Shown: piece by piece, positions 38,514-47,267 of the stretch
How the letters are laid out: every line of letters begins with the position of its first letter
Position numbering within the stretch: position 1 is the first letter of the stretch
Source of the DNA: Syntrophomonadaceae bacterium
Lineage (GTDB): Bacteria; Bacillota; Dethiobacteria; DTU022
Assembly: GCA_003567725.1 (NCBI GenBank)
Contig: PWYU01000084.1
Span: 28,102-92,101 of the forward strand
DNA length: 64,000 bases
Direction of reading: 5' to 3'
Notes under the pieces: model-generated
The model's database searches: none
What the model saw: only the letters and a program-made list of their open reading frames with translations
What the model was told of the DNA's origin: nothing
Translations under genes and position numbers: made by a program

Positions 38514-39695
38514 TTAATGGGCTTCCACTTTAATATCGTCTGTCCGACTTGAATCCTCTATAGCCCGGTCCAGGTCGGCGTGCCCCAGGCCTAAAGCCCT
38601 GCCGATGATGATAATATTATCTGAGTTTATTTCTCCTGGTTCATAATCCGCTTTTTTCACCGGCAGCGGTATTTCCCCTGCCGCTGTATTTTTCATCAGC
38701 GACCGGTAACCGGAGATCAGGCTGTGTTTGCATGTATTGAGGCAAAAGTTTGCTTTCAGGGCTTTGGTTTTGCCATTTTGATTATTTTGACCGGGCTCAT
38801 AAGTCACCGCTTTGCCCTTTCCTGATTCTTTGGCCCAATAAAGGGCATGGTCGGCATGCTGAATCAGTTCCTTGAGATCCCGGCTCCTGTCCGGATAGGA
38901 CGATGCGCCAATTGACAGGGTCGGCTTAACGCCGTTTTTAATTTTTCCGGGCAGTTTTCGGCCGGTATAGTTTTGAGCCAGGCGTTTGGCCAGCAGCACT
39001 GCTTCATGAGCGCTGGTGTCCGGCAGGATAATTACAAACTCATCTCCCCCGTAGCGGCAGACTATATCATGAATCCGCACCATTTTTTTAAGAAACTGGG
39101 CTGTATCCTTTAGAACCCGGTCTCCAAGCAAATGCCCGTTCTGGTCATTGAATGTTTTAAAATTATCCAGGTCGATAAAGAGCAGGGCCACAGGGCTGCC
39201 GTTTCTCTTGGAACGGGCAATTTCTTCGGTTAAGCGCTGCTGGAAATAGCGGTGGTTGTATATTTCGGTCAGGCAGTCCATGTTTGAAATCCATTCTAAG
39301 TTTTGCCGGTGCGCTTCTTCCTTCCCTTTAAAAAAAGCGATGATCAGTGAACCAAGGCTGGAATAGACCAGCATGGAAATAATTGCCATAACAGCGCCGT
39401 TTCCGGTTGCCGACCAGTGATTATAGAGCAGGGCTGCAGCTGTAAAGTTTGCTGTCAGGGCAATAACCAGTCCGGAATAATTGTACAGAAAGGTTATGAT
39501 AATAGCGATAATAGCCACCGCGGGCAATAAGAATAACCTGGTTGCAGATGGCAAAGCCCATCCCGCCATAACAGTTAGAATCAAAATAAACAGGGCTGCC
39601 CCGGCCAGGTAGAAGCAGGTTTTGTTCATCAACGAATCCAACCCGGTTAAAAAGACGGCTCTTTTAAAGCCCATACTGATCTTTGCCATTATCAA
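38514..39695 (-). CDS. membrane-anchored diguanylate cyclase (canonical GGDEF, intact I-site) with ~110-aa C-terminal extension
   Basis: RIHDIVCRYGGDEF, preceded by multi-TM sensor region. Confidence 0.75.
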   Translation of the reverse strand: MIMAKISMGFKRAVFLTGLDSLMNKTCFYLAGAALFILILTVMAGWALPSATRLFLLPAVAIIAIIITFLYNYSGLVIALTANFTAAALLYNHWSATGNGAVMAIISMLVYSSLGSLIIAFFKGKEEAHRQNLEWISNMDCLTEIYNHRYFQQRLTEEIARSKRNGSPVALLFIDLDNFKTFNDQNGHLLGDRVLKDTAQFLKKMVRIHDIVCRYGGDEFVIILPDTSAHEAVLLAKRLAQNYTGRKLPGKIKNGVKPTLSIGASSYPDRSRDLKELIQHADHALYWAKESGKGKAVTYEPGQNNQNGKTKALKANFCLNTCKHSLISGYRSLMKNTAAGEIPLPVKKADYEPGEINSDNIIIIGRALGLGHADLDRAIEDSSRTDDIKVEAH

Positions 39696-39821
39696 TAACC
39701 TCTGCTTTCTTTAAGACTGGAGTGTTAAACTCGTGTTGTAGGAATGTTTTCTTATTATCGCTTTGCAGTTATTATCGGCAGGAAAAAGCTTTAATTAACA
39801 GGCAAAGGGCGGGTTATTCAT

Positions 39822-39855
39822 AAAAAGCCCGGAAGAATTCTTTTCCGGGCTTTTT
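39822..39855. terminator. bidirectional intrinsic terminator (AAAAAGCCCGGAA-GAATTC-TTCCGGGCTTTTT)
   Basis: Perfect 10-bp stem flanked by A5 and T5 runs, 19 nt downstream of the RnfD-like gene's 3' end. Confidence 0.6.
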
Positions 39856-39873
39856 AAAGTGTTTGTAAAAAAT

Positions 39874-40731
39874 TCAGGCTGCCTTTGGTTTTGGTTTGGG
39901 CCTGGTATAGTGGTTAATGATAGGCACAAAGAGGTTCATTCCGATGATGGCAAAGGTGGTTCCTTCCGGCAGCCATCCCCAGAGGCGCATTGCCATAATG
40001 ATCAATCCTACCCCGAAGCCGAAGATGTAGCGGCCGGGCTGGGTCTTCGGTGACGAAGAAGGATCCGTGGCCATGAAAAAAGCGCCGATTAAAAGGCTTC
40101 CCGATAGCAGGTGAAACAGGACATCTTGTCCGGTCAAAATGCAGATCAGGACCACTGCAGAAAGGCAGCTCAGGGGAATACGCCAGTTGGCGTAGCGCTT
40201 ATAAATTAACCAGCCACCACCGAGCAGAAGCAGCAGGGCTGAAGTTTCTCCCAGGCTGCCCGGGATTGTCCCTAAAAACAGGTCCTGCAGAGGGGTTAAG
40301 GTTCCTTCACTGCGTGCTATTTGCAGCGGAGTTGCTGTGGCAACCCCATCAAAAGGGGTAAGCCAGGGGGCCATAGTGCCGGGGAAAGCGTAAATAATGA
40401 AGATCCGGCCGAATAAAGCCGGGTTAAAGATATTTTTGCCGTAACCTCCAAACAGCTGCTTGCCCACGACTATTCCAAAAACTGCTCCGGACGCCACTAC
40501 GTAAAGAGGCAGGGAAGGGGAAACTGTCAGGGCCAGGAGCAGCCCGGTAACTACGGCACTTAAGTCTTTGATTTTTAAAGGTTTTTTTGTAAAATATTGA
40601 TATAGAGCTTCCGAGGATACTGCGGCAGATATACTGATAGTAATAAGCAAAGCGGCGTTCAGGCCGTATGAATAGATGGCAAAAATCGTTATAGGTATCA
40701 GGGCTAGAAGCATTCCTTTCATCATTTTCAT
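39874..40731 (-). CDS. RnfD/NqrB-family membrane protein (orphan, compact 285 aa)
   Basis: Strong matches to the RnfD conserved blocks GKQLFGGYGKNIFNPAL, GAFFMATDPSSSP and NLFVPIINHYTRPKP. No other rnf/nqr genes are nearby. Confidence 0.7.
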   Translation of the reverse strand: MKMMKGMLLALIPITIFAIYSYGLNAALLITISISAAVSSEALYQYFTKKPLKIKDLSAVVTGLLLALTVSPSLPLYVVASGAVFGIVVGKQLFGGYGKNIFNPALFGRIFIIYAFPGTMAPWLTPFDGVATATPLQIARSEGTLTPLQDLFLGTIPGSLGETSALLLLLGGGWLIYKRYANWRIPLSCLSAVVLICILTGQDVLFHLLSGSLLIGAFFMATDPSSSPKTQPGRYIFGFGVGLIIMAMRLWGWLPEGTTFAIIGMNLFVPIINHYTRPKPKPKAA

Positions 40732-40873
40732 AACTATTCCTCCTTATTTATATAAATATTATAGAACAAATAGGATATTCTATCAAACTGGTGCGGCAGG
40801 AATTAAAGTTCTTTTGCAGAACAATTATTTCATAGAGAAACAGCATTGCAAGTTTTTAAAGGAGGAGACCACC

Positions 40874-41413
40874 ATTTCTGGCTACAAAAAACTGGAAGAA
40901 ATCTTTGAAAACCACAATTATAAAGATTACCGCTGGATTAATGCCTCCCAAATAATGGTTGCCAACTGGGTGCGTTTTAAATGTATTTTTGGCTGCGTCA
41001 GCTATGGCAAGAAAGGTTCCTGCCCGCCCCAGGTCCCGTCAGTAGAAGAATGCCGCGCTTTTTTTGGCGAATATGATCAGGCTGTGATCTTTCACATTGC
41101 TAAAATAGTGGAAAAACCCGAAGACCGGGTCGCCTGGAGCAGGGAAGTTAGTAAAGAGCTGCTTAAGGTGGAACGGGAAGTATTCTGGGCCGGTTATCAT
41201 AAGGCTTTTATGCTTTTTATGGATGAATGCCGCCTCTGTAACGGCTGTACCGGCACAAGGGAAGCCTGTGTAAATAAAGAAGATTCGCGTCCCGGGCCCG
41301 AGTCGCTTGCCGTTGATGTTTTTTTAACTGTGCGCAGTGTAGGCTACCCGATTGAAGTCCTTTCTGGTTATGACCAGGAAATGAACCGTTACGCTTTCCT
41401 GCTGGTTGAATAA
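40874..41413 (+). CDS. DUF2284-like cysteine-rich predicted metal-binding protein; start codon uncertain (non-ATG)
   Basis: RVRLKC..GC..YGK...CPP and later C..C.GC clusters match the DUF2284 pattern. AAAGGAGGAG RBS at 40857 but no ATG/GTG/TTG within normal spacing; ATT at 40874 is assumed. The long track ORF overlaps the opposite-strand RnfD-like gene. Confidence 0.45.
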   Translation: MSGYKKLEEIFENHNYKDYRWINASQIMVANWVRFKCIFGCVSYGKKGSCPPQVPSVEECRAFFGEYDQAVIFHIAKIVEKPEDRVAWSREVSKELLKVEREVFWAGYHKAFMLFMDECRLCNGCTGTREACVNKEDSRPGPESLAVDVFLTVRSVGYPIEVLSGYDQEMNRYAFLLVE

Positions 41414-41419
41414 ATCATT

Positions 41420-41458
41420 AAAAAGTCCTTCCCCGGCCAGTAAGCAGGGAAGGACTTA
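41420..41458. terminator. bidirectional terminator between the convergent DUF2284 and ferritin genes (AGTCCTTCCC...GGGAAGGACT)
   Basis: 10-bp perfect inverted repeat with flanking A and T runs. Confidence 0.55.
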
Positions 41459-41486
41459 TAGCTTTAAACTAAAACATCAGGCTCGT

Positions 41487-42002
41487 TTAAGCACCCTCAG
41501 GTGTAAAGCTTCTGGCGGCCAGTTCACGGTCCAGCATGAGGATACCGTGCCCGGTTTCACCGACTCGCTTCAGCTGGTTTAGAAGTTTGCCCATAGTGGC
41601 CTCTTCTTCCACCTGCTCATCAACAAACCACTGCAGGTAGCTAATGCTGGGGTAGTGATTTTCTTCCTGTGCTATAGCCATCAGCTCGTTAATCAGGCTG
41701 CTTACCAGCTTTTCATGTTCTAAGGCCAGGGTAAAGATCTCTTCGGCCGATTTGAAGTCCCGCTTGGGATCTTTAAAACCGGTAATAACTGCTTCTTCAC
41801 CCTGATCATAGATAAAGTTAAAAAACTTCATAGCATGATAACGCTCTTCTTCGGCCTGCACCTCAAAAAAATTGGCGAAACCGTCCAGGTCTTCCTTTTT
41901 AAAATAGGCGGCCATAGCCAGGTAATAGTGGGCGGAAAAAAATTCATGGGTGATTTGTTCATTCAGTTTGGATAATAATTTTTCTGAAAGCATATCGATC
42001 AT
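41487..42002 (-). CDS. ftn: bacterial non-heme ferritin
   Basis: Ferroxidase-centre ligand pattern (E..H, E..E..H, QWFV.EQ.EEE) typical of Ftn. Confidence 0.8.
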   Translation of the reverse strand: MIDMLSEKLLSKLNEQITHEFFSAHYYLAMAAYFKKEDLDGFANFFEVQAEEERYHAMKFFNFIYDQGEEAVITGFKDPKRDFKSAEEIFTLALEHEKLVSSLINELMAIAQEENHYPSISYLQWFVDEQVEEEATMGKLLNQLKRVGETGHGILMLDRELAARSFTPEGA

Positions 42003-42067
42003 CTCCTTTTACCTTATTATAACATATCCAGCCAGTATTACTACTAATCTAATCGCTTAACCGGAAA

Positions 42068-42235
42068 TTAAGAACCCCAAAACCCGGGCAGTTTTTTAAC
42101 CACGGCAGTGGCAACAATATGCCCCGCCATCATGCTAACAATCACTAAAAAAATATTCTCAGTGTAATAAGCAGTCAAAGCTATGGCCGCGGTCATTATG
42201 CCAATATACACAATAGAGTGCACCCAATCAGGCAT
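42068..42235 (-). CDS. possible small hydrophobic protein (55 aa; MPDWVHSIVYIGIMTAAIALTAYY...), below the ORF-track size cutoff
   Basis: Own translation of the minus strand: two predicted TM helices. No RBS checked; low support. Confidence 0.2.
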   Translation of the reverse strand: MPDWVHSIVYIGIMTAAIALTAYYTENIFLVIVSMMAGHIVATAVVKKLPGFWGS

Positions 42236-42251
42236 CCATCACTCATCCCCC

Positions 42252-42655
42252 TCCCGGGACACGGGGACAGGTCCCTTGTCCCAGCTTATGTAAACCCGCA
42301 CTGCCAATCATCTTCCGAATTAGATGGCAGCAGGTCTTTTTTAACAATTTAAGAATATAGAGCTCTATTCATTTGTTCCGTTAACTCTATTATAACCTTC
42401 ATTAACGGACCGGATGAATTATTATGGCGGTCAGAAGAAAAGATGGAGTAACGGAGTTCAACCCTGGCCCCCAATACATTCTAACCGGAGGAGATGCATT
42501 GATTGTAATGGGGCATGAAGAGCAGATTAATAAACTGCGTTTCCTTACCGCCGGAGATGAATCTGGGACACGGGGACAGGTCCCTTGTCCCAGATTCATC
42601 TATAGCTAAAAGTTTACATAACCTGGGACAAGGGACCTGTCCCCGTGTCCCAGGT
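42252..42655. mobile_element. MITE-like element: ~43-bp terminal inverted repeats (GGGACACGGGGACAGGTCCCTTGTCCCAG-YTTATGTAAAC) at 42252..42295 and 42612..42655, with a third internal hairpin copy at 42556..42600
   Basis: Copy 3 plus its flank is the exact reverse complement (2 mismatches) of copy 1 plus its flank. Each unit is itself a nested hairpin. Confidence 0.35.
42424..42560 (+). pseudogene. remnant of a TrkA-C (RCK_C) domain: C-terminal half only
   Basis: Translation KDGVTEFNPGPQYILTGGDALIVMGHEEQINKL resembles RCK_C beta-strand/turn consensus. No N-terminal partner and no plausible start context. Confidence 0.3.
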
Positions 42656-42677
42656 TTGGGTCAGCCTCCTACCCGAT

Positions 42678-45356
42678 TTATACTTTTTCCAGGTTAATGG
42701 CGCAAACTTTTAATTCCGGGATGTTTGCTACCGGGTCCAGCTCGGAGTTGGTGAGCTGATTGGCACACGTTTCAGCAAAATGGAAAGTCATAAACACAAT
42801 GCCTTCCTTTAAGTCCGAAACAGGTTTGACTTCAGCTTCGACTTCACCCCGCCTGGAGGTCAGGCGCACCTTATCGTTTTCATTCAAACCCATGCGTTCT
42901 GCGTCTTCCTTGCTGATCAGAGCTTTTTCTACATTGTAAAGATCACTTAACCCATCTGAACGCCGGGTCATGGTCCCGGTATGGTAATGATAAAGTGATC
43001 TGCCGGTGGTGAGAATGAATGGGTAGTCCTGATCGGGAGTTTCAGCCGGGGGCTTATAATCTACCGGCTTAAACTGGGCTTTGCCGCTGCCTGTCAGGAA
43101 TTTTTCTTCATATAGGATCGGTGTGCCCGGGTGGTTTTCGTCCGGGCAGGGCCAGCATATACCGCCTTCTTCGAGCCTTTCGTAGGTGATACCTTTCCAT
43201 TTTGGGCTAAGTTCTGCAACTTCCTGCATAACTTCGCCAGGTTTTTTGAATTCGAATCCTTTCAAGCCTAATTTAAGGCCCAATTTGCAGAGAATTTCAA
43301 AGTCGCTCCTGGCTTCACCCGGAGGATTGATCGCCTTACGGCCCCGCTGGATCCGCCGCTCAGTGTTGACAAATGTGCCGTCTTTTTCGGCGAAAGAAGC
43401 TGCCGGCAGCACGACATCGGCGTAATCTGCAGTTTCTGTGAAGAAAAGATCCTGAACAACAACCAGCTCCAATTTTTCAAGGGCATCCTTGATTTTGCAG
43501 ATGTCTGGTTCACTGACAACGGGGTTTTCACCCATGATATAAACGCCTTTAATTTTATCTTCCAGCGCAGCTTTAAACATCTTGGTCATGGGCATACCCG
43601 GCTTATCGGGGATCTTAGCGCCGTAAGCTTCAGAGAATTTCTGGTTTGCTTCCGGCGAACTTACCGGTTGATAACCGGGGAAGACGTTGGGCAGTGCGCC
43701 CATATCGCAGGCCCCCTGCACGTTATTCTGGCCGCGCAGCGGATTGACGCCGCCGCCTCTTTTACCCATGTTTCCGGTTAAGGTAGCCAGCCCGGCCAGG
43801 GCTAAGACATTGTCCGTGCCGCTGGTGTGCTGGGTGATGCCCATGGTATAAAGAATGGCAGCCGGGTCGCTTCCAGCGTAAATTCTGGCCGCCTGGGTGA
43901 TCTTTTCCGCCGGAACCCCGGTAATATCGGCCATTTCGTTCAAATCGATAGCACGGATTTTTTCGGCATATTCCTCGAACCCTTCGGTCCGGTTTTTGAT
44001 GAATTCAGCATCGTAAAGCTCCTCATCGATAATTACCCTGGCCATGCCCTGCAGCAGGGCGGCGTTGGTTCCCGGTTTAAGCTGGAGGAATACATCTGCT
44101 TTCTCCGCAATCTTGATCCGCCTGGGATCGGCTACGATCAATTTGGCGCCGTTTTTAACGGCCCGTCTGATCCGGTAGCCAATAACGGGGTGAGTTTCAG
44201 TGGTATTGGAACCGATAATGAAAAAGGCTTTCGCTTCATCAGCGATGTCATCAATACTGTTGGTCATCGCGCCACTGCCAAATGTTGTAGCCAGACCGGC
44301 TACAGTCGGCGCGTGTCAGAGACGGGCGCAGTGATCGACGTTGTTTGTGCCAAGAGCCCGGAAGATCTTTTGAAATAGATAATTTTCTTCATTGGAGCAC
44401 CGGGCAGAGCTGATGGCACCTAGGGCGTCGGCGCCGTGTTTTGCTTTGATATCATGCATTTTGTCAGCAATGAAATCTAAAGCTTCATCCCAGGTAGCTT
44501 CTACAAATATGCCATCTTTTTTGATTTTCGGTTTTTTAAGGCGTTCCGGGTGGTTAATAAAATCAAATCCAAAGCGTCCCTTCACGCATAGATCACCGCG
44601 GTTTACCGGGTTGTCACGGTTTCCGTCCACTTTGATTACACGGTCACCGCGCACCCCTATCTTGACCCCGCAGCCTACTCCGCAGTAGGTGCACACGCTT
44701 TCCACCTCGCGCTCTACTAAGGCTGGTTTGGCCAGGTAGAGGGCACCGGTCGGACAGCGCACCAGGCATTCGCCGCAGGATTCACACTTTGAATCTTTAA
44801 GCGGCTTGTCTCCTAAAACAGAAACCCTGGTGTGGAAACCGCGGAAGGCAAAATCAATGGCCGCGACCCCGTTAATCTCTTCGCAGGTGCGAATGCAGAT
44901 TCCGCATAAAATACAGCGTGTAAAATCGCGGTGGAAAAAAGGATTACTGTCATCTGGTTTGACCGCTTCTACCGAGCGGCGAATTTTGCGCATCCGGTCC
45001 TGGTTAATCCCCACAAAAGCGCTCACTTCCTGCAACCTGCAGCTATTGTTCCGCGAACAGCCCTGGCAGTCCTTGTTATGGCTGGCCAGGATCAGCTCCA
45101 CGTTGGTCAAACGGACTTTACGCACTTCCTCCGTATCAGTCTTGACTATCATACCGTCTTTTACCGGGGCCCGGCAGGCGGTAACAATCTTGCCGTCAGC
45201 ATCGACCATACAAATCCGGCAGCCGCCGAAAGTGGGAAGATCAGGGTGATGGCAGAGGGGGGGGATATAGATGCCCGCTTGTTCCGCTGCTTCAAATACG
45301 GTTATTCCCTTTTCGACTTCAATATCTAAACCGTTAATTGTTATTTTTAGCATCAT
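42678..45356 (-). CDS. fdhA: formate dehydrogenase alpha subunit, selenocysteine-containing (NuoG-like 2Fe-2S/4Fe-4S N-terminus plus Mo-bisPGD catalytic domain); in-frame UGA at 44316..44318
   Basis: The two track ORFs 44316..45356 and 42678..44267 are contiguous in frame across a TGA: ...[31 protein letters not shown]..., which aligns with the E. coli FdhF Sec140 region CARV-U-HGPSVAGL...GNGAMSN. Confidence 0.8.
44270..44318 (-). promoter_or_regulatory. bacterial SECIS element: UGA, 11-nt spacer, then hairpin UGUAGCC-GGUCU-GGCUACA
   Basis: Minus-strand mRNA immediately 3' of the UGA forms a 7-bp stem with a GGUC-containing apical loop at the canonical 11-nt spacing. Confidence 0.55.
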
Positions 45357-47267
45357 TTAACCTTCCTTTCCACTAGCCGCAGCAGCCAGATTTTCTTTTC
45401 CAGTCAGGCGCACCACCGCGCTGAAGCGCTCGGGGCATTCCTGGAAGCAGATGCCACACTTGGTGCATTTGTTCTGATCAATCGTATGCGGCACTTTCTT
45501 TTCGCCGCTAATCGCCTCGACCGGGCAAGCCTTACGACAGCGCCCGCAGGCGGTACATTTTTCTTCATCAATATGAAACACGATCAGGTTCTTGCAAACC
45601 AGCGCCGGGCAGGCATGATCCTTGATATGGGCTTCATACTCGTCTCTAAAGTACTGGATGGTGCTCAAAACCGGGTTGGGCGCTGTCTGGCCCAGCCCAC
45701 AGATGGAACCCTTAATAATTGAATCGCCCATCTCGAGCAGATACTCAATATCACCTTCCCGGCCCCGGCCTTCGCAGATATCATTTAAGATTTCGAGCAT
45801 TTGCTGGGTACCCTGGCGGCAGGGGACACACTGGCCGCAGGATTCTTCGAAGGTAAAGTCAAGGAAGTAGCGGGCCACGTCGACCATGCAGGTAGATTCA
45901 TCGATGACGACCATACCGCCTGAGCCCATCATTGAGCCGGCTTTGACCAGGGTATCGAAATCGACTGCCAGGTGCAGTTTATCCTCTGGCAGGCAACCGC
46001 CGGAGGGACCGCCGGTCTGAACAGCTTTGAACTTTTTATCGTCCAAAATGCCTCCGCCAATTTCATATATTATTTTCTTTAACTCAATACCCATGGGCAC
46101 TTCGATCAATCCGCTGCGGTTGATCTTGCCGGTCAGGGCAAAAACGGCCGTGCCGGGGCTGCCTTCTGTGCCGATACTCTTAAACCAGTCGGCTCCTTTG
46201 CTCAAAACCTGGGGCACCACGGAAAAGGTTTTCACATTATTCAAAAGAGTGGGCTTGCCCCACAGGCCTTCCTCAGTTGTCCTGGGACGCGGCAGGGGCT
46301 TGGGCCAGCCGCGGTTACCTTCGATGGACATAACCAGGGCCGTCGATTCTCCGCAGACAAAAGCGCCTGCGCCTTGAAATATTTCCAGGTCAAAATTAAA
46401 ACCAGTGCCGAGGATATCATCGCCGAGCAGATTTTTTTCTTTGGCCTGAGCAATGGCTTTACGCAGCCGTTTAATAGCTAAAGGATATTCTGCGCGCACG
46501 TAAAAATAGCCTTTTGAAGAACCGATGGTATAACCGGCAATGGTCATGCCCTCGATTACCGAATGGGGATCTCCTTCTAAGACCGAACGGTCCATGAAAG
46601 CCCCGGGGTCGCCCTCGTCAGCATTACAGATTACGTACTTTTGATCGGCCTGGGGTTTTAAGCAAGATTCCCACTTGCGCCCGGCCGGAAAACCAGCGCC
46701 CCCGCGCCCGCGCAGGCCGGAGTCTTTAAGGACACTGATTATATCCTCCTGCTTCATTTCCAGGGCTTCGGCCAATCCTTTGTAGCCGCCGTGGGCAATG
46801 TATTCATTAATATTTTCGGGGTCGATTATACCGCAATTTTTTAAGATTACACGCTGCTGGTTTTTAAAAACATCTCCGGTATCGATCCGCTCCACATCTG
46901 CGGGTCCGCCTTCGCCGAAATAGCCGAGGGCTAAATCGGGCCGGTGGTCGTCTTTAACGAGATAGCTATCCACTATTTCTTCGGCTGTTTCAGGAGTTAC
47001 TCCATGGTAGGAAATACGCGGTTGGCCCGGCTTGATCACATCTAAAAGGACTTCGGCAAAACACATTCCGATACAACCTACTTCTTTGATCTCGGCCTTG
47101 ATGTTTTCTTTTTCCAATTTATCGGTGATAGTTTGAACTACTGACTGGGCTCCGGTGGCATTGCCGCAGGTGGCGCAGCCAACATAAATCTGTGGGATGT
47201 CGCTTTTTTGCTCTTTCTCCAGGTTTTCCAGGGCTTCTTTTTCGATTACATCAAACTTTTGGATCAC
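45357..47267 (-). CDS. NuoF/HndC-like FMN- and NAD(P)H-binding subunit with N-terminal thioredoxin-like 2Fe-2S domain and C-terminal 2x[4Fe-4S] ferredoxin domain (formate dehydrogenase beta / diaphorase subunit)
   Basis: NuoF motifs (RGRGGAGFPAGRKWE, FMN/NADH fold, C-terminal CxxCxxC 4Fe-4S). N-terminal CATCG...CIGMC 2Fe-2S. Two CxxCxxCxxxCP ferredoxin motifs. Confidence 0.8.
   Translation of the reverse strand: MIQKFDVIEKEALENLEKEQKSDIPQIYVGCATCGNATGAQSVVQTITDKLEKENIKAEIKEVGCIGMCFAEVLLDVIKPGQPRISYHGVTPETAEEIVDSYLVKDDHRPDLALGYFGEGGPADVERIDTGDVFKNQQRVILKNCGIIDPENINEYIAHGGYKGLAEALEMKQEDIISVLKDSGLRGRGGAGFPAGRKWESCLKPQADQKYVICNADEGDPGAFMDRSVLEGDPHSVIEGMTIAGYTIGSSKGYFYVRAEYPLAIKRLRKAIAQAKEKNLLGDDILGTGFNFDLEIFQGAGAFVCGESTALVMSIEGNRGWPKPLPRPRTTEEGLWGKPTLLNNVKTFSVVPQVLSKGADWFKSIGTEGSPGTAVFALTGKINRSGLIEVPMGIELKKIIYEIGGGILDDKKFKAVQTGGPSGGCLPEDKLHLAVDFDTLVKAGSMMGSGGMVVIDESTCMVDVARYFLDFTFEESCGQCVPCRQGTQQMLEILNDICEGRGREGDIEYLLEMGDSIIKGSICGLGQTAPNPVLSTIQYFRDEYEAHIKDHACPALVCKNLIVFHIDEEKCTACGRCRKACPVEAISGEKKVPHTIDQNKCTKCGICFQECPERFSAVVRLTGKENLAAAASGKEG

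Noticed and set aside
42402-42697. Three small ORFs (42402..42599 -, 42424..42609 +, 42515..42697 +) across the palindromic repeats
   Set aside because: They span hairpin repeats with no RBS. Only the 42424..42560 segment shows protein-like similarity (a TrkA-C fragment) and is reported as a pseudogene remnant instead.
44268-44315. Gap between the two FDH ORFs as a frameshift or pseudogene break
   Set aside because: The frame is continuous across a single TGA whose context matches the FdhF selenocysteine site and which is followed by a SECIS-like hairpin; it is interpreted as Sec recoding.
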